This document shows, one piece after another, positions 36,201 to 47,642 of a DNA stretch of 64,000 nt. Numbering within the stretch: the first letter of the stretch is position 1; each line of letters begins with the position of its first letter. A program made the position numbers and the translations under genes. The DNA comes from Amoebophrya sp. A120 (taxonomy: Eukaryota > Protista > Dinoflagellata). The notes under the pieces are model-generated. The model saw only the letters and a list, made by a program, of their open reading frames with translations, made no database searches and had not been told where the DNA came from. The stretch spans positions 3,745,420 to 3,809,419 of the forward strand of contig CAJINV010000008.1 of the NCBI GenBank assembly GCA_905178155.1, written 5' to 3'.

Positions 36201-37321
36201 AAATGAACAACTCAGAAGCTGATAAACTGGACCACGATAGGGTGTAACTATAAATACGTATCACCACGACCGGCGCCGGACATGCCTTGCTTGTTTTGCA
36301 TGGATTCAACGAACGAAGTAGACTTCATGTAAGTTGATTGCGCCAGCAGGTTAAGATAAAGTTGGGACTAGACCTGCAACTTGTTGTGCCGTGATCATCG
36401 TCGATGCAAGGCAACTAACAGTAACACTTTCTCCAGCCATAGTCTCACCACTCCGGATATTAGATGCAAAGCTGCCTCGACCGAGGACCTCCTTGACGAA
36501 AAAAATCTTGCAAAAAAAGGAAAAAAATATAAATCAGCACAAGCCTTGATTGCGGCCGCGGTCACCGACATCGCTGTCGAGACGGTCACACAGAAAGAAT
36601 CAAGTTAGTAGCGTTCGCACGATGGTTGAGTATGTTCTGATACATGTTTGCCCGGTTTTTCTTTTCACTAGCTGTGCTGCTTGCTGGGTTGAGCTTTCTG
36701 AGTATATGTGATCAAGATAGAAAATCATGTTGATCAGACAGCAGATTGCATTATTGTCTATTCTCTTTGATGCGTGACGACGTCCTCGACCTGAGCTGGT
36801 ACTTCTTGGCACCTAACCGCACAGCTTTGATATTCTGCCAGCTTACAAGAGCTGCCGCGTAATCAATGTTGAAAACTAGTAGCAAGATCGCGATGCAGAT
36901 GCATAGAAACCGAAACCGTACTCTCGCATCTGCAGAGACTGTAGTTAACATCGACGCAACCGCAGCTGACTCTTGTTTGGTCGTAAAAATGCTGATTGTC
37001 TGCATGGATGACACGACCACGAATAATAATAAAATAGACTACGTGTACAGCTAGTGTCCAGGTGGTCGTCCGGTGGCGTAATTACTTATTGCTTATTTCC
37101 AGGGATCTTTGCTCACAATCCATCGCATGATCTGCATGCATAGTAAAGAACTTATGATTTTTTGAAGGCGTCGTGGCACCGCCAGCGCCACGGCCGCCAG
37201 CCAGCCTACCTTCCCACCGACAGATTTTTTCAAACAAGGACCACCTTTGGAACAACTGACTCTGCCGCCGCGCGCGTTCCCACCCAGCAGCTGCAGCGCT
37301 CCGATCCATTTCCATGCTATC

Positions 37322-40300
37322 ATGGACGACACCTCTAGAGGGCACCACGAACCGCATCCAAAAAAGCACACCGTCTACGCCTGTGTTCGCTGCATCACTT
37401 GCGCGATCTGGTGGCGGTTGCTCCGCTTCCACGCATCGGAGTTCCGGGCTTTGTGCTGCTATTTGAATGAGAAAAGAAAGCGAAGATGTCGTAACCGACG
37501 ACATCTTCAAGGACAGCACTCTCTACTACGTCGCGGTGGAAATAGGCACGGTCACAAGAGGCCGCTGCCTTGCGCGCGCCCACGGCACTTTGTGCTGGAG
37601 CGCTACATCACGGCAAGAAATGACCACCTGCGCGGACCAGAGGCGGAGAGGACAGCGAAGCCAACTAGTAGAGAAGTTTCTCATGATGTCGATGGCGATG
37701 TTGCCCGGTCTTCGCGTTCTTCAATAGGCAAAAGAACCAGAAGGAACACCGCAGACGCGTACATTGTGGACATTTTTGACCGGGGGGCTGCGTCGTGCAA
37801 TTATGGGGAGGAGCTACATAATTGTAATTCGCGTTGCCTGTTCGACGAGGAACAGGACTTTGAAAAAACACGAAGTGAAGATGAAGATCTTCATCGGAGC
37901 ACAAGCTGTGATCAGCGCCACGTTCTTGGAGGCTACGTCGACGACTCCGGCTACGAGCCTTTTGATTTCGTGGACAATTTGAAGCACTCACAAGGACGAC
38001 AGCAGCATGATGTCGATGACAAAAAGTTTCCCATGTTGCAGCACGACCACACCGCCGCGGCTGCGTCGGGAGGTGGAGGTTCTTCGACGACGGAAAAAGC
38101 AAGACATTCTAGAGATGTTGAGCATTCCAATGCCTTTCTTGCAGATGAAGATGCGCAGACCGCGCTCGGGGGTGTGATATCCATATCCCAAAATGACGAA
38201 GACTATTTCCGGCCTTTCTACGTGGTTGCGGAGCGCAAGGAGGACGTAGAACTGGACAGCAGCGCCTCCGTTTGTTCATCTTCGCAAGAAGTTCTTGACA
38301 AGCATTTCTGGCCGCTCTTGGAAGATGGTGGTGCAACGGGACGACCACGAGGTGGATCATCCTCGCACATCAACTCGTCTTGGCTACGGCACTTCTACGT
38401 ACCTTTGCAGAAGGGGTACGATTGCGGCGCCATCAGTAGTTGTTCGTCTTCCTCCTGTACCGGAACTGGTACTAGGTCTCCGTGCGGGCTGTGCGTCCGC
38501 TGTGTGTTGCGCGAGAGCGACCAGAGGTTAGTGGACGCGCAGTATTGCAGTTCGCACTCCAGGACAGGCGTCCTCACTTCGTGTACCACGGCGGCAGGAG
38601 GAGCGACCACAAGCGCTAGTACCTTCGCCTCGGGAAGGAGTAGATCTTCGAAACTCGTCTGGAAAAATGAGCAAGGGCGGTCTCTACCACTACCAGGGGA
38701 AGTACATCATAATTCGGCACCTAGTCGCCCACCTGCTCAAGCGGCCGAGCTTGTTTCCGGCTACAGCCAACACTCAAACCTGTTTCGCCGATTCTTGAAC
38801 TTATTTCTTTCTCCGCCCGGAGGCCCTTGCGCTCCATCATCAACGTCTTCATATTTTCCCGCCACAAGAGAAGATGAGGACCCTCGGCATTCCACCAGTC
38901 GCCGCGATCTGCTACAATGTGCAAGTAGAGATAGGAAGAACCTCAACTACGAGGAGAAGCAGCTCGTCGGGTACTACTTCCCGCGATCCGGTCCCCGCGA
39001 TTCGACCAACTACATCTATCGGCTGGGCGTGATTTTGGCTGCGGGCACGAGCAAGGACATGCCGATTCTCCGCGGACGGTTCCAGGTGTTCCGCAGCCTC
39101 GTCTGGCTTCCCCTGGCGCTGATTGGGTGGCTGAAAAAGGTGTACGTGAGGCATGAAGTCCGCGTTGAGAGGTGTGAGGTGGTCGTCGGAGGCGGGAGAA
39201 GGACGAGACAGAAACGGAAGAAAGGAAGTGGAAAACCACAAGGAAGTAAATCACGCAGCAGATGCGACAGGAACGAGAGCGAGCAAGACCACCGCAATGT
39301 AGAGGACGATGAAGATGATCCTGACCGCGCTTTCACCGACGCGTGGGACCAAATTGTCGATGAGGTGTCATCTACGCAATCACACCTGCGGCGGTCTTGC
39401 TGCGCACCGGCTACAGCTGATAATTTGCAGACAAGAACCGTGGGAAAATATCACCACACGGAAATCAAATGCGAATGGATCTGGCCTGTCACTCCTGCGG
39501 CCGAGGAAGATGGTACTAGTGGAGCAAGGAGGGAATGGGTGCTGTCGACATTGAAGCAATCTTGCAGCGATCTTTGGTGCGCCGTTCATAGATTTCTATT
39601 CCCGCAGTCAACGATTTTAACCGGTGGAGATGAGGATGAGGAACACCACATTGAAGAAGACATCACGGGCAAAAACCACCCAAAGTTGTCCGCGTCTCTG
39701 CACCGAGCGCTTGGGAAGTTTGCGGTCAGGAATTCGTCAGCGAAAGCTATTTTTCAGCACGAAAACGATCATCTTCAGGCAACATTTGATTCAAACGGTA
39801 CATTGAAGGAGCTCGACCCGACCCTGGACAACCGCAACATGTCCTCTCCCGCAGACCAAACTTCCATCGTTTTCTTCCTGCACGGTGGCGCTTTCGTGCT
39901 GTGCGACCACGAGACGCACCGCTACGCCACGATAACCGCCGTGCAGATGTCCAGCTGCGTCCTGTTTGTTCCGAACTACCGCCGACCACCGGACGTTTGC
40001 ATGGAGACCACGATCTGCGACTGTCTGAACGCGTACTTTTGCCTGCTGGAAGACTACAACATCTGCCCGAAACGGGTTTCCTTCCTGGGCGATTCCGCCG
40101 GGGGCGCGCTGTGCTTGCAGGTGCTACTGCAGTTGCGAGACCAGGGCGAGCTCTACCAAAAAGTGCTGCGCGCCAGGTCGTCGTGGTCCTCAAGCGATGT
40201 TGAACAAGATGTTGTAAACGGGACGACAAGTTGTAGTTGTGGCCTGCTTGCCAAAAATGCGATCCACCTGAGCGAAAGAACTACAAGCATGCATGCGAAT

Positions 40301-41842
40301 CATTACACGAGGTCCCATAGCCAGAGAAGATTGAGATCTCCCTCGCCCCCCCGAGGACGCGGATCTTACTTGTCCAGGAGCTCAACCACGTCCACATCTT
40401 CAAGAGCGTCAACATCCTCCGCCTCGACAGCAGCTGCACAAGAAGAGCACGAACTCCAGCCGCTACAGCGCGCATCGTCTACTTCGGAGGTGCCGCTCCT
40501 GCCGAACAAGAATTCTTCTTGCAGTACTTCCTCAACAAGCTCGGAGCGGAGCACCCGCGCCCCCTGCAGTTCCACCACAACTTCGCGGACGACCACGACC
40601 AGGTCCTCGGACAGCAGTCAAGTGGGCGGGCTGTACATGATGGACTCGACCACGAGCGAGAGTTGTAGCTCCACCACCTCGGCAGGGGGAAATATCAAGC
40701 AAGTGAAGTTTTTTACGAAGGCCTCAAGCAACTGCGAAGTAGTGGACGAAAGGATGGAAGCGGGTCATGGTACAACAACTGGGGAAAAAATAACAGAGAG
40801 GCAAACAAGGCTGTCTTCAGCACCTGCATATGTTCCCTGCTGCGTTCCATCTCCTGTGTCCTCTCTTCCTTCCCCGGCAGCGGACGACGTAAGGCGGTTG
40901 TCCATGACGAGCTCAACCAGGATAGTAACTGCTGGAGAAGAGCTGCGGCGGGCGCAGGAGGAGTCCTCGTCCTCGACTTCTGGTTCATCTCGACGTGGTG
41001 TTCTTGGCGGCGGAGACAACGCTAGAAATGATAATACACGTCGCCCGGCTGGTGTTGTTTCTCCTCGTCCATTAGGTGCCTCAGCTGCAGGCACAAGGAG
41101 ATGGTCGCCGACGACGTGGTCCACCACGTCCACGCCACAGGAGGAACCGGAGCCGCAGCCCGAGGACCACGGCATGACGAGCACCAGTCCAGGCGAGGAC
41201 GAGAGGGACCACGAAGAACAGAAAGGTCGTGTCCAAGTTCATACCGCTCTCCTACCGAAATCCGTGTGTCTTCTGTCCCCCTGGGTGGACCTTTCCGCGG
41301 ATTGGGACACGGACCGGTCCGCCAAGGTCAACCGCAGCCTCGACCTCTTCCGTCCAGAAACCATCAAACGCTTTGCCAACGCGGCCTGCACCAGCTTTCT
41401 CACGGAGAACGAGGCGACTGCCTTGCTGAGGGGGAAGGAAAATTCTGCGGGAGGTGCAGCTTCTACGCGAACTGTTGACAACAATAAAATGAAAAGCCGC
41501 GAGCGCGGCTCAGCAGTCGTAGATGAGAAGATGAACAAGTTCTACCCGCGCAAGAAATTTGACCTGCAGCACCCAGTGACCTCCGTGACTTTCGCGGAAA
41601 GAGGGTTCCACGACTTGCCACCCATGTTGGTCATGGTGGGCGAGCGGGAGTTGCTGCGGGACCAGATTGTGGCGTTTGTGCAGAAGCTGGTCCAGGCACC
41701 CTATTCGAGCGGGTCGCGCCCGAAAATCCGGTTCGAAATCTACCAGGATATGTGCCACGTTTTTCCGGGCTTTTACGGGATCCACCCCACGCCGGACCGC
41801 GCGTGGCAGTCCGTCGTTGACTTTTTGAAGAGACGAAATTGA
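37322..41842 (+). CDS. Hormone-sensitive-lipase-family (alpha/beta hydrolase_3) esterase with long low-complexity extensions
   Basis: FFLHGGAF oxyanion motif, PNYRRPP, GDSAGG nucleophile, LLSPWVDL, LPPMLVMVGERELLRD and MCHVF; a single uninterrupted ORF (37247-41842). Confidence 0.88.
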   Translation: MDDTSRGHHEPHPKKHTVYACVRCITCAIWWRLLRFHASEFRALCCYLNEKRKRRCRNRRHLQGQHSLLRRGGNRHGHKRPLPCARPRHFVLERYITARNDHLRGPEAERTAKPTSREVSHDVDGDVARSSRSSIGKRTRRNTADAYIVDIFDRGAASCNYGEELHNCNSRCLFDEEQDFEKTRSEDEDLHRSTSCDQRHVLGGYVDDSGYEPFDFVDNLKHSQGRQQHDVDDKKFPMLQHDHTAAAASGGGGSSTTEKARHSRDVEHSNAFLADEDAQTALGGVISISQNDEDYFRPFYVVAERKEDVELDSSASVCSSSQEVLDKHFWPLLEDGGATGRPRGGSSSHINSSWLRHFYVPLQKGYDCGAISSCSSSSCTGTGTRSPCGLCVRCVLRESDQRLVDAQYCSSHSRTGVLTSCTTAAGGATTSASTFASGRSRSSKLVWKNEQGRSLPLPGEVHHNSAPSRPPAQAAELVSGYSQHSNLFRRFLNLFLSPPGGPCAPSSTSSYFPATREDEDPRHSTSRRDLLQCASRDRKNLNYEEKQLVGYYFPRSGPRDSTNYIYRLGVILAAGTSKDMPILRGRFQVFRSLVWLPLALIGWLKKVYVRHEVRVERCEVVVGGGRRTRQKRKKGSGKPQGSKSRSRCDRNESEQDHRNVEDDEDDPDRAFTDAWDQIVDEVSSTQSHLRRSCCAPATADNLQTRTVGKYHHTEIKCEWIWPVTPAAEEDGTSGARREWVLSTLKQSCSDLWCAVHRFLFPQSTILTGGDEDEEHHIEEDITGKNHPKLSASLHRALGKFAVRNSSAKAIFQHENDHLQATFDSNGTLKELDPTLDNRNMSSPADQTSIVFFLHGGAFVLCDHETHRYATITAVQMSSCVLFVPNYRRPPDVCMETTICDCLNAYFCLLEDYNICPKRVSFLGDSAGGALCLQVLLQLRDQGELYQKVLRARSSWSSSDVEQDVVNGTTSCSCGLLAKNAIHLSERTTSMHANHYTRSHSQRRLRSPSPPRGRGSYLSRSSTTSTSSRASTSSASTAAAQEEHELQPLQRASSTSEVPLLPNKNSSCSTSSTSSERSTRAPCSSTTTSRTTTTRSSDSSQVGGLYMMDSTTSESCSSTTSAGGNIKQVKFFTKASSNCEVVDERMEAGHGTTTGEKITERQTRLSSAPAYVPCCVPSPVSSLPSPAADDVRRLSMTSSTRIVTAGEELRRAQEESSSSTSGSSRRGVLGGGDNARNDNTRRPAGVVSPRPLGASAAGTRRWSPTTWSTTSTPQEEPEPQPEDHGMTSTSPGEDERDHEEQKGRVQVHTALLPKSVCLLSPWVDLSADWDTDRSAKVNRSLDLFRPETIKRFANAACTSFLTENEATALLRGKENSAGGAASTRTVDNNKMKSRERGSAVVDEKMNKFYPRKKFDLQHPVTSVTFAERGFHDLPPMLVMVGERELLRDQIVAFVQKLVQAPYSSGSRPKIRFEIYQDMCHVFPGFYGIHPTPDRAWQSVVDFLKRRN

Positions 41843-44635
41843 TGAGGTGATTGAAGCTGGTTAGTAGTGGAAGTTGATGTTGCGTCTGCGAGTGAGAACT
41901 CTCCGATTTTGAGGAACAAGAAGATCATGCAGAGCTCCATGATGTGTTTTTGATTTTGAAGCCATAACAATTGAGCCTATTCTGGAAAATAATAAAGAGA
42001 GGGGAGATCATGCCTCCGTCTTTATGTTTATTCATGGCGAGTACAGGAGTCTAACAAAAAATAAAAGATTGCTCAACTACTTGCTGTCCGTGTATTTGGC
42101 CGCGTGTTCCGTCGCATAGGTCGAAATGTCGCTGAAGATCTCGAATTCATACCATACCGGAATCAGCGGCCGCTTTCTTCTCTTTGGACGCCCGTCAGCT
42201 TATGGCTGCCGCGACAAGTCTCATGCGGAAGCGTCGCCCGGTCCGCAAAACCAAAACCGGGACGGGAAGCCCCTGAACCCGGCGGCCGTCCGATGTTGGA
42301 AACAGTCCGGCCGCTTTCAGCTCGAGCAGGCGGGAAACGTCGCGCAGCCAGTTGGCGGCGGCCCAGCGGGGCCGATCTTGGTGCCGCGCGAGAGCTTGGA
42401 TTGCATGCGGGGCGCGGGCGTCCGTCGCGCACTTGCTGCGAGGCTTGGCCATGGAAGGGCTCCCGGAGTTCCACGACTTCGATGAATGGGGGGCCGACCA
42501 GAGCGAGAACCCGAATGCCGTCCGCAGTCTGTTAGCGAGGGGGCGGGCGAGGTGTTGAACTTAATGCATGGCGGACGAAGGCGGCTCATTATCCTCATCG
42601 ACCACCTCGGGCGGCCATAGCGTGCGTGGAACAAGGGAAGGCATCCTGGCAAAGGGGAAACCTACTCCCAGAAATCCGTCCGTGAGGTCGCAAGGGCCGC
42701 TCGCTGTGACTTTGATTGCTGCCCAGGCCAAGCAATTTTCTCGCCGAGCAAATCGCGACGGACTTGCGTAAGAGTGGGGACGTTTTCGCAGCGGCCAGAG
42801 TGTGCAGCCCAGCAGCCGCGGGCACCGAGCGGCGTGCGTCGTCTGCTGTTTGTAGTGCCAATGAAGACGAACGAGGCGCGCAGCGTGGTGGCGGCGGCAG
42901 AGGATTTGGCGCCCCGCCTGCGGGCCGACAGGCTCAGTATCGCGCCCATGTGCTTCTATGCTTACTAATAACACAGACCCGGAAGTGATGCAATGCATGG
43001 CAGTGCTCACACCTGGCGGCGGGCTAGACTGCCGCCGGGGCCAAAGCCAAAGGGTGGCGCCGGCGGGGCGGCCGCGCGCGGCTGCCGCAGGCAAGGGAAC
43101 GCGCGAAGCGCGCCGGAGGCCTGACCTGGTGACCGAGTGCGCCCGCAGCTCTGTGCTGGGCAAGAAGTATGGCGGCGGTGCGAGCGATGTCAGCACCAAG
43201 ACCATCCCGGACGAGAAGCAGACGGCGACAGCCCACGACCCGCAGGCCATCGGCATCCTCCTCGACGCCACCGAGGGAGGCCCTGGGTGCCGTGGCCCTT
43301 CTCGAGCCAGTGCCTTGCGAGGAGGGGGCCGCCCATGGGAAAGCACTGCCGGCCTGCCGGGCGGCAGCGTAGCGCGGTGGCGCGCTCTGTTATGAGCCAC
43401 GTAGGGCAGCCGGGGGGGCACGGCGTCCGTCCGACCTCCCCCCCATCGGTGCGCTCCGGGGCCCTTCGTTTGCGATTTTCCCTGGCCTCTGGCTTCGCCC
43501 GCGGGCGCGGCCGCGGCTTGTCGCGCGGCGGGGCGGGGGCGGGCCCCCTCCGTCTCGATCGCCGCGCGATACATAGGGCGGCCGTGGCGGGGCCCCGCCC
43601 CCCCCCCCCCCCCCCCCNNNNNNNNNNNNNNNNNNNNNNNNNNNNNNNNNNNNNNNNNNNNNNNNNNNNNNNNNNNNNNNNNNNNNNNNNNNNNNNNNNN
43701 NNNNNNNNNNNNNNNNNNNNNNNNNNNNNNNNNNNNNNNNNNNNNNNNNNNNNNNNNCCCCCCCCCCCCCGCCTCGGGGGGGCGGCGCGCCCGTTTTTTT
43801 TGTTGTGTGTGCGCCGGCTTTGTGTGTTGTTGCCTGCAGGGATGCCGGCTCGGCGTGAACAGTCCGAAAATGGTGGGCATCCTTGATGTGGTATGGGGAG
43901 GGCGCCGCGGCCAGCTTGCTTCCCTCGGAATGTAGGGCAGGCAGCCCCGCCGGCCTTGCAGGCAACGAACGAACCAGGGGCGAAGCGCTTATGCGGGGCG
44001 ACCGCTCGCCGGTTCGATGTATCGACTGCAATCAATCTTATTTGGCTTGCGTGGGACGGTTGGGAGTTTGGCCGTGGGCCGCTCTCTCGTGCGTGGCGCT
44101 CCTGCTTGCTCGCCCAGCGTCAGAGCCCAACCGAAAGTAGCTGACGTCGAGTGGGCGGCGAGGTCACTTGTTTACAGGTGTGTAGTGAAGCTGGTTGCCT
44201 TGTGTTCCTCTTCATTTTGTGAGGTGTATTTCTCATCTGGTAGGCGGCGGACTAAGAATCACACATGCAAAAATGTTCTTCGTTCGCAGGTGTGGTCCAT
44301 CCGATGAGAGAACAGTCTGCTCCTATCAACAGCCGCATCGGTAGAAGTATGATTTTTTTTTGTCACAACGAACTTCATGATTTCTCAGTAGCTAGTACTT
44401 GCCTTGCATCAAAAATCTATCAGTATCTTCAGACCATAAGCATGCGCAAAAGTTACGGCACGTACGTAGGAGGTTCAGAGGACAACTCAGGCAAATCTGG
44501 CGCCTGCTTTTACTTCGGTGCATCTTGTTGTCGTGCCAGTTCGACGTATTATCCCGTTTCTAACGCCTCGGTACTAGCTCCTTATTGTTGACACTCTCTT
44601 TCGTTTTTCCTGCCAAACCCCATCAAATAGAAACA

Positions 44636-44968
44636 ATGGCGGCAACCGCAACGTCCAACTCCACCTCGGCGAGCTCCTTTTTCGGTTCGTTCTTCGACGA
44701 TTTCAGTCTCCTTCCCCCGGACTGGGAGCCGCGGCACAGTTTTCTCTCCGTGCACCCCAAGGAGATGCTGCAGGCGTTTGTGAACCTCGTGGACCCCCGG
44801 CAGGCGAAAAAGAAGCTCGAGAATCTGTTCATGGGAAACAACGGCCAGGACGGTGTGGTTTTTTTCGCTGTGGCCGTGGTGTTTTTCACCTTGCTGAGGC
44901 TCTACACGCGGCGGGTGCGGAACAAAATAGCCTCAGGCCTGGAGGCGGAGGGGGTAAAGAAGGAGTGA
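44636..44968 (+). CDS. Small single-pass membrane protein, unknown function
   Basis: 110-aa ORF with coding-like codon usage and one hydrophobic helix (GVVFFAVAVVFFTLLRLY) followed by a basic tail. Confidence 0.55.
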   Translation: MAATATSNSTSASSFFGSFFDDFSLLPPDWEPRHSFLSVHPKEMLQAFVNLVDPRQAKKKLENLFMGNNGQDGVVFFAVAVVFFTLLRLYTRRVRNKIASGLEAEGVKKE

Positions 44969-46899
44969 AGATGCGGTGGGTGGTTCCTTCTTGTTGCGAC
45001 GAAAACCTTTTTTGAGCGGCTGTCTGGAGGTGTGTGTGTGTGTTTGTTCTTGCTGCTCAAAAAGAAGTAATCGCCTTCGTTGTGCGTCCCTGTACGGTCA
45101 CAGGAAGAAATAAGTGCCTACAAATAGGACGGCGACAACTTCGGCAGCTTGATCGAGAGACAGATGAAGCAGAGGAGCGCAACATCATCAAGGTGCAGCC
45201 GGTTCTTCTTGGCGTGGTCTTCTACGTATTGCCTGTACTTCTGGGTGGAGGAAGAGAGTCCATTGCGGCGGAAAATCAAGCGGCCTGCAGTTTTGCGGAC
45301 TAACGCAAGTCGTGCGCATCTCTTTCAGCATCACGCGGTGACGAGACAGATGTGAGACGAAGTGCTAATGATGAATTCAAATTCTTGCTGGGCGACGACC
45401 CGAAATGGACCCACTAAATCGTTGTTCTAGTGAATCGTTGTTCTTGCTTAAGTACAAGGAAGCGACGTCTTCAGTAGATTCAATGCGCTTTTGTCGTCCA
45501 CATTGGTCGCTACATTGCACAGAATGAAACAGGGAAGATGAAGAACAAATTGGAATTGCGGACCGCTGCAGCTGCATTGCAGCGTGCTCCTCTGCATCGT
45601 CTGCAGGTTTTGTTGAAGCGCTAGCGGCAGTGCCGGCGTCAAGTACGACCATAAACGTATTTTTGTTCACCGTGATGGTTTCGCCTTTTCTTCTTTCCAA
45701 AGCGAAGCTTCTGGCTGAAATGGAAATCGAAGACACATCGAGGTATGTGCGAAAGTATGGATCCTCCAGAGTATCATCATCATGAGTCCTACTCGACCCT
45801 TATTTGGTTCTTGTACGACGCTCCTGTCAAGCTCAAGTATGTAAATTTACTCCGAAAGCGGGGGTCGTAGGGTCCGGGCCCATCCAGAACTTGCGCAGTA
45901 CTTCGCCGCGGATGTTTCGCCTCTGGAATTTCAGAGCCTGTCAGGCACAAGATGGAGTGGCCTTGCGAAGCTAACAAGTGCTCCCAGTGTCGCACTCCGC
46001 GAAACGGAGCCGGGCTGCTGCACTGAGGTCGCCCCGGGGTCGGCCCCAAATGCTATGCGCCGCGCCAACATTTTGCGCCGGCAGAGGCTTCGGTGTGTCG
46101 GCGCCGCGCGCGCCTTCTCCTTGCTAGTTGCCCAAACCAGGCCGCGAAGACAGGCCGCAGGGACCGCCCGTTGGTGGCTTCAATTCCAGAGGCATTTCGT
46201 TGTCTCCTTGCACACTTGTGCACTTCGCGCAAATGAGCTGCTGTGGCAGCGCCATCGCGTAACGCACGTTACACGGCGGCTCTCTGTTTCACTTGTGCCT
46301 TCCCGGCCGTGTCAATAGTGCTCCCCGTGGCGGCCGCTTTAATTTCAGAGGCATGCCCTTGCCTGTATGCACGCTCGCGCACGTTGCAAAAAGCTTGCCA
46401 CCGCCGTGCCATCGTGTAACGCACGTTCTTACACGACGGCCCTCTGCTCCGCCGCAGCCCCCTTCGCGTGTGGGGAGCTGTGTGCGAAAAGCCTTGCCGC
46501 TTTGGGTTGTAAGGAGGCGCCCTCGTCCTCTCCTCGTCTGGGTAAGGCGCCCGCCAGCTAGCCATAAGAGGGGCAAGGCGCTGCTGGCTCGCCTGCCGGG
46601 CTGCGTCTCTCACTCTTGGTAAGTGAGCAGCGGCCCTCGCCGTCGCCTTCGTGCCCTGGTTAGAGGAGGTGCGCCACTGTGCTCACCCTCGCTCGCTGCA
46701 AACAGGCGACGGCCCTTCTGTTTTGTTCCTGATGCGCCCCACCGAGAGGATTTCATTTTCTTGTGGCTTGTGCTGGTTATTTCCATTTGTTCTGCCGCTT
46801 CTGATCTGCCGCTCGGTGGGTGCTCTGCTTCTTTCAGAGCTGCGGTCGGATCTTGGCTTGGTCATCCGCAACTTCTTTGGAGATTCGGTGTGAAGCTTC

Positions 46900-47190
46900 G
46901 TCCGGAACTTTTTCCACGATTGTCTCAGAACTTGGTTCAGAACTTGCAAAAAACTTGTTTTGGAACTTGCAAAGTTTTTTTTTTGGGCTTTTCTTTTTTT
47001 CTCGTTCCGCGATGGGATAGCCAATTTTTCGCCTTTCTTTTTCGGTCTGCGAAGCGTTTTTCTGCAAGTTCCGAGACAAGTCTTCGGACAAGTTCCGAGA
47101 CTAGGTCCGGAAAAAGTTCCGAAACAAGTGCCGCGGCAAATTTCTGAACAAGCCCCAGAGCAAGTAGCCCCGGAACAAGGCCCGGGGCAA
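46900..47190. repeat. Two oppositely oriented arrays of a 12-bp unit (RCAAGTTCCGAG-like)
   Basis: AGAACTTG repeats at ~46900-46970 face ACAAGTTCCGAG repeats at ~47064-47190. Confidence 0.75.
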
Positions 47191-47642
47191 AGCTCCTGCG
47201 TGTGCAGGGGCCCCGCGGGCAGGCTTCTGGGGCATTGGTTTCGGAACAAACTAGCTAGGCCCGTTACGTGGCCCATGAGGGTGGTCCGGGCCGTCGCGCC
47301 GGCAGGAGTGTGACGTCGGTCTGAGGTCTGACCTTCGCCACTGCCAGCGGGTCACGTCCTCTGGGAGGGGGCGGTGCTCTGGTGTGATCCGGTTAGAAGG
47401 CCTCGCAGCTTTAAAGGGCGGCCGTCGGACCGCCCAGGGGCGGGGCTTCCGGGACTCTGAAGAAAGGGCAACGGGGTTTCATGGCGTCGGAGGCAGCCTG
47501 GGTGCTGGCTCGGCGCAGCCAAGCAAGCTTGTCTCCCCCGCGGCGCCCGGTGTGGATGTGCCGGCCCCTGTCGTCGGGTGGGCCCGCGGAGACTGTTTCT
47601 ATTTTGTTGTCATTGCGCGCGCGCCCGAAGCGCTTTGTTTTA

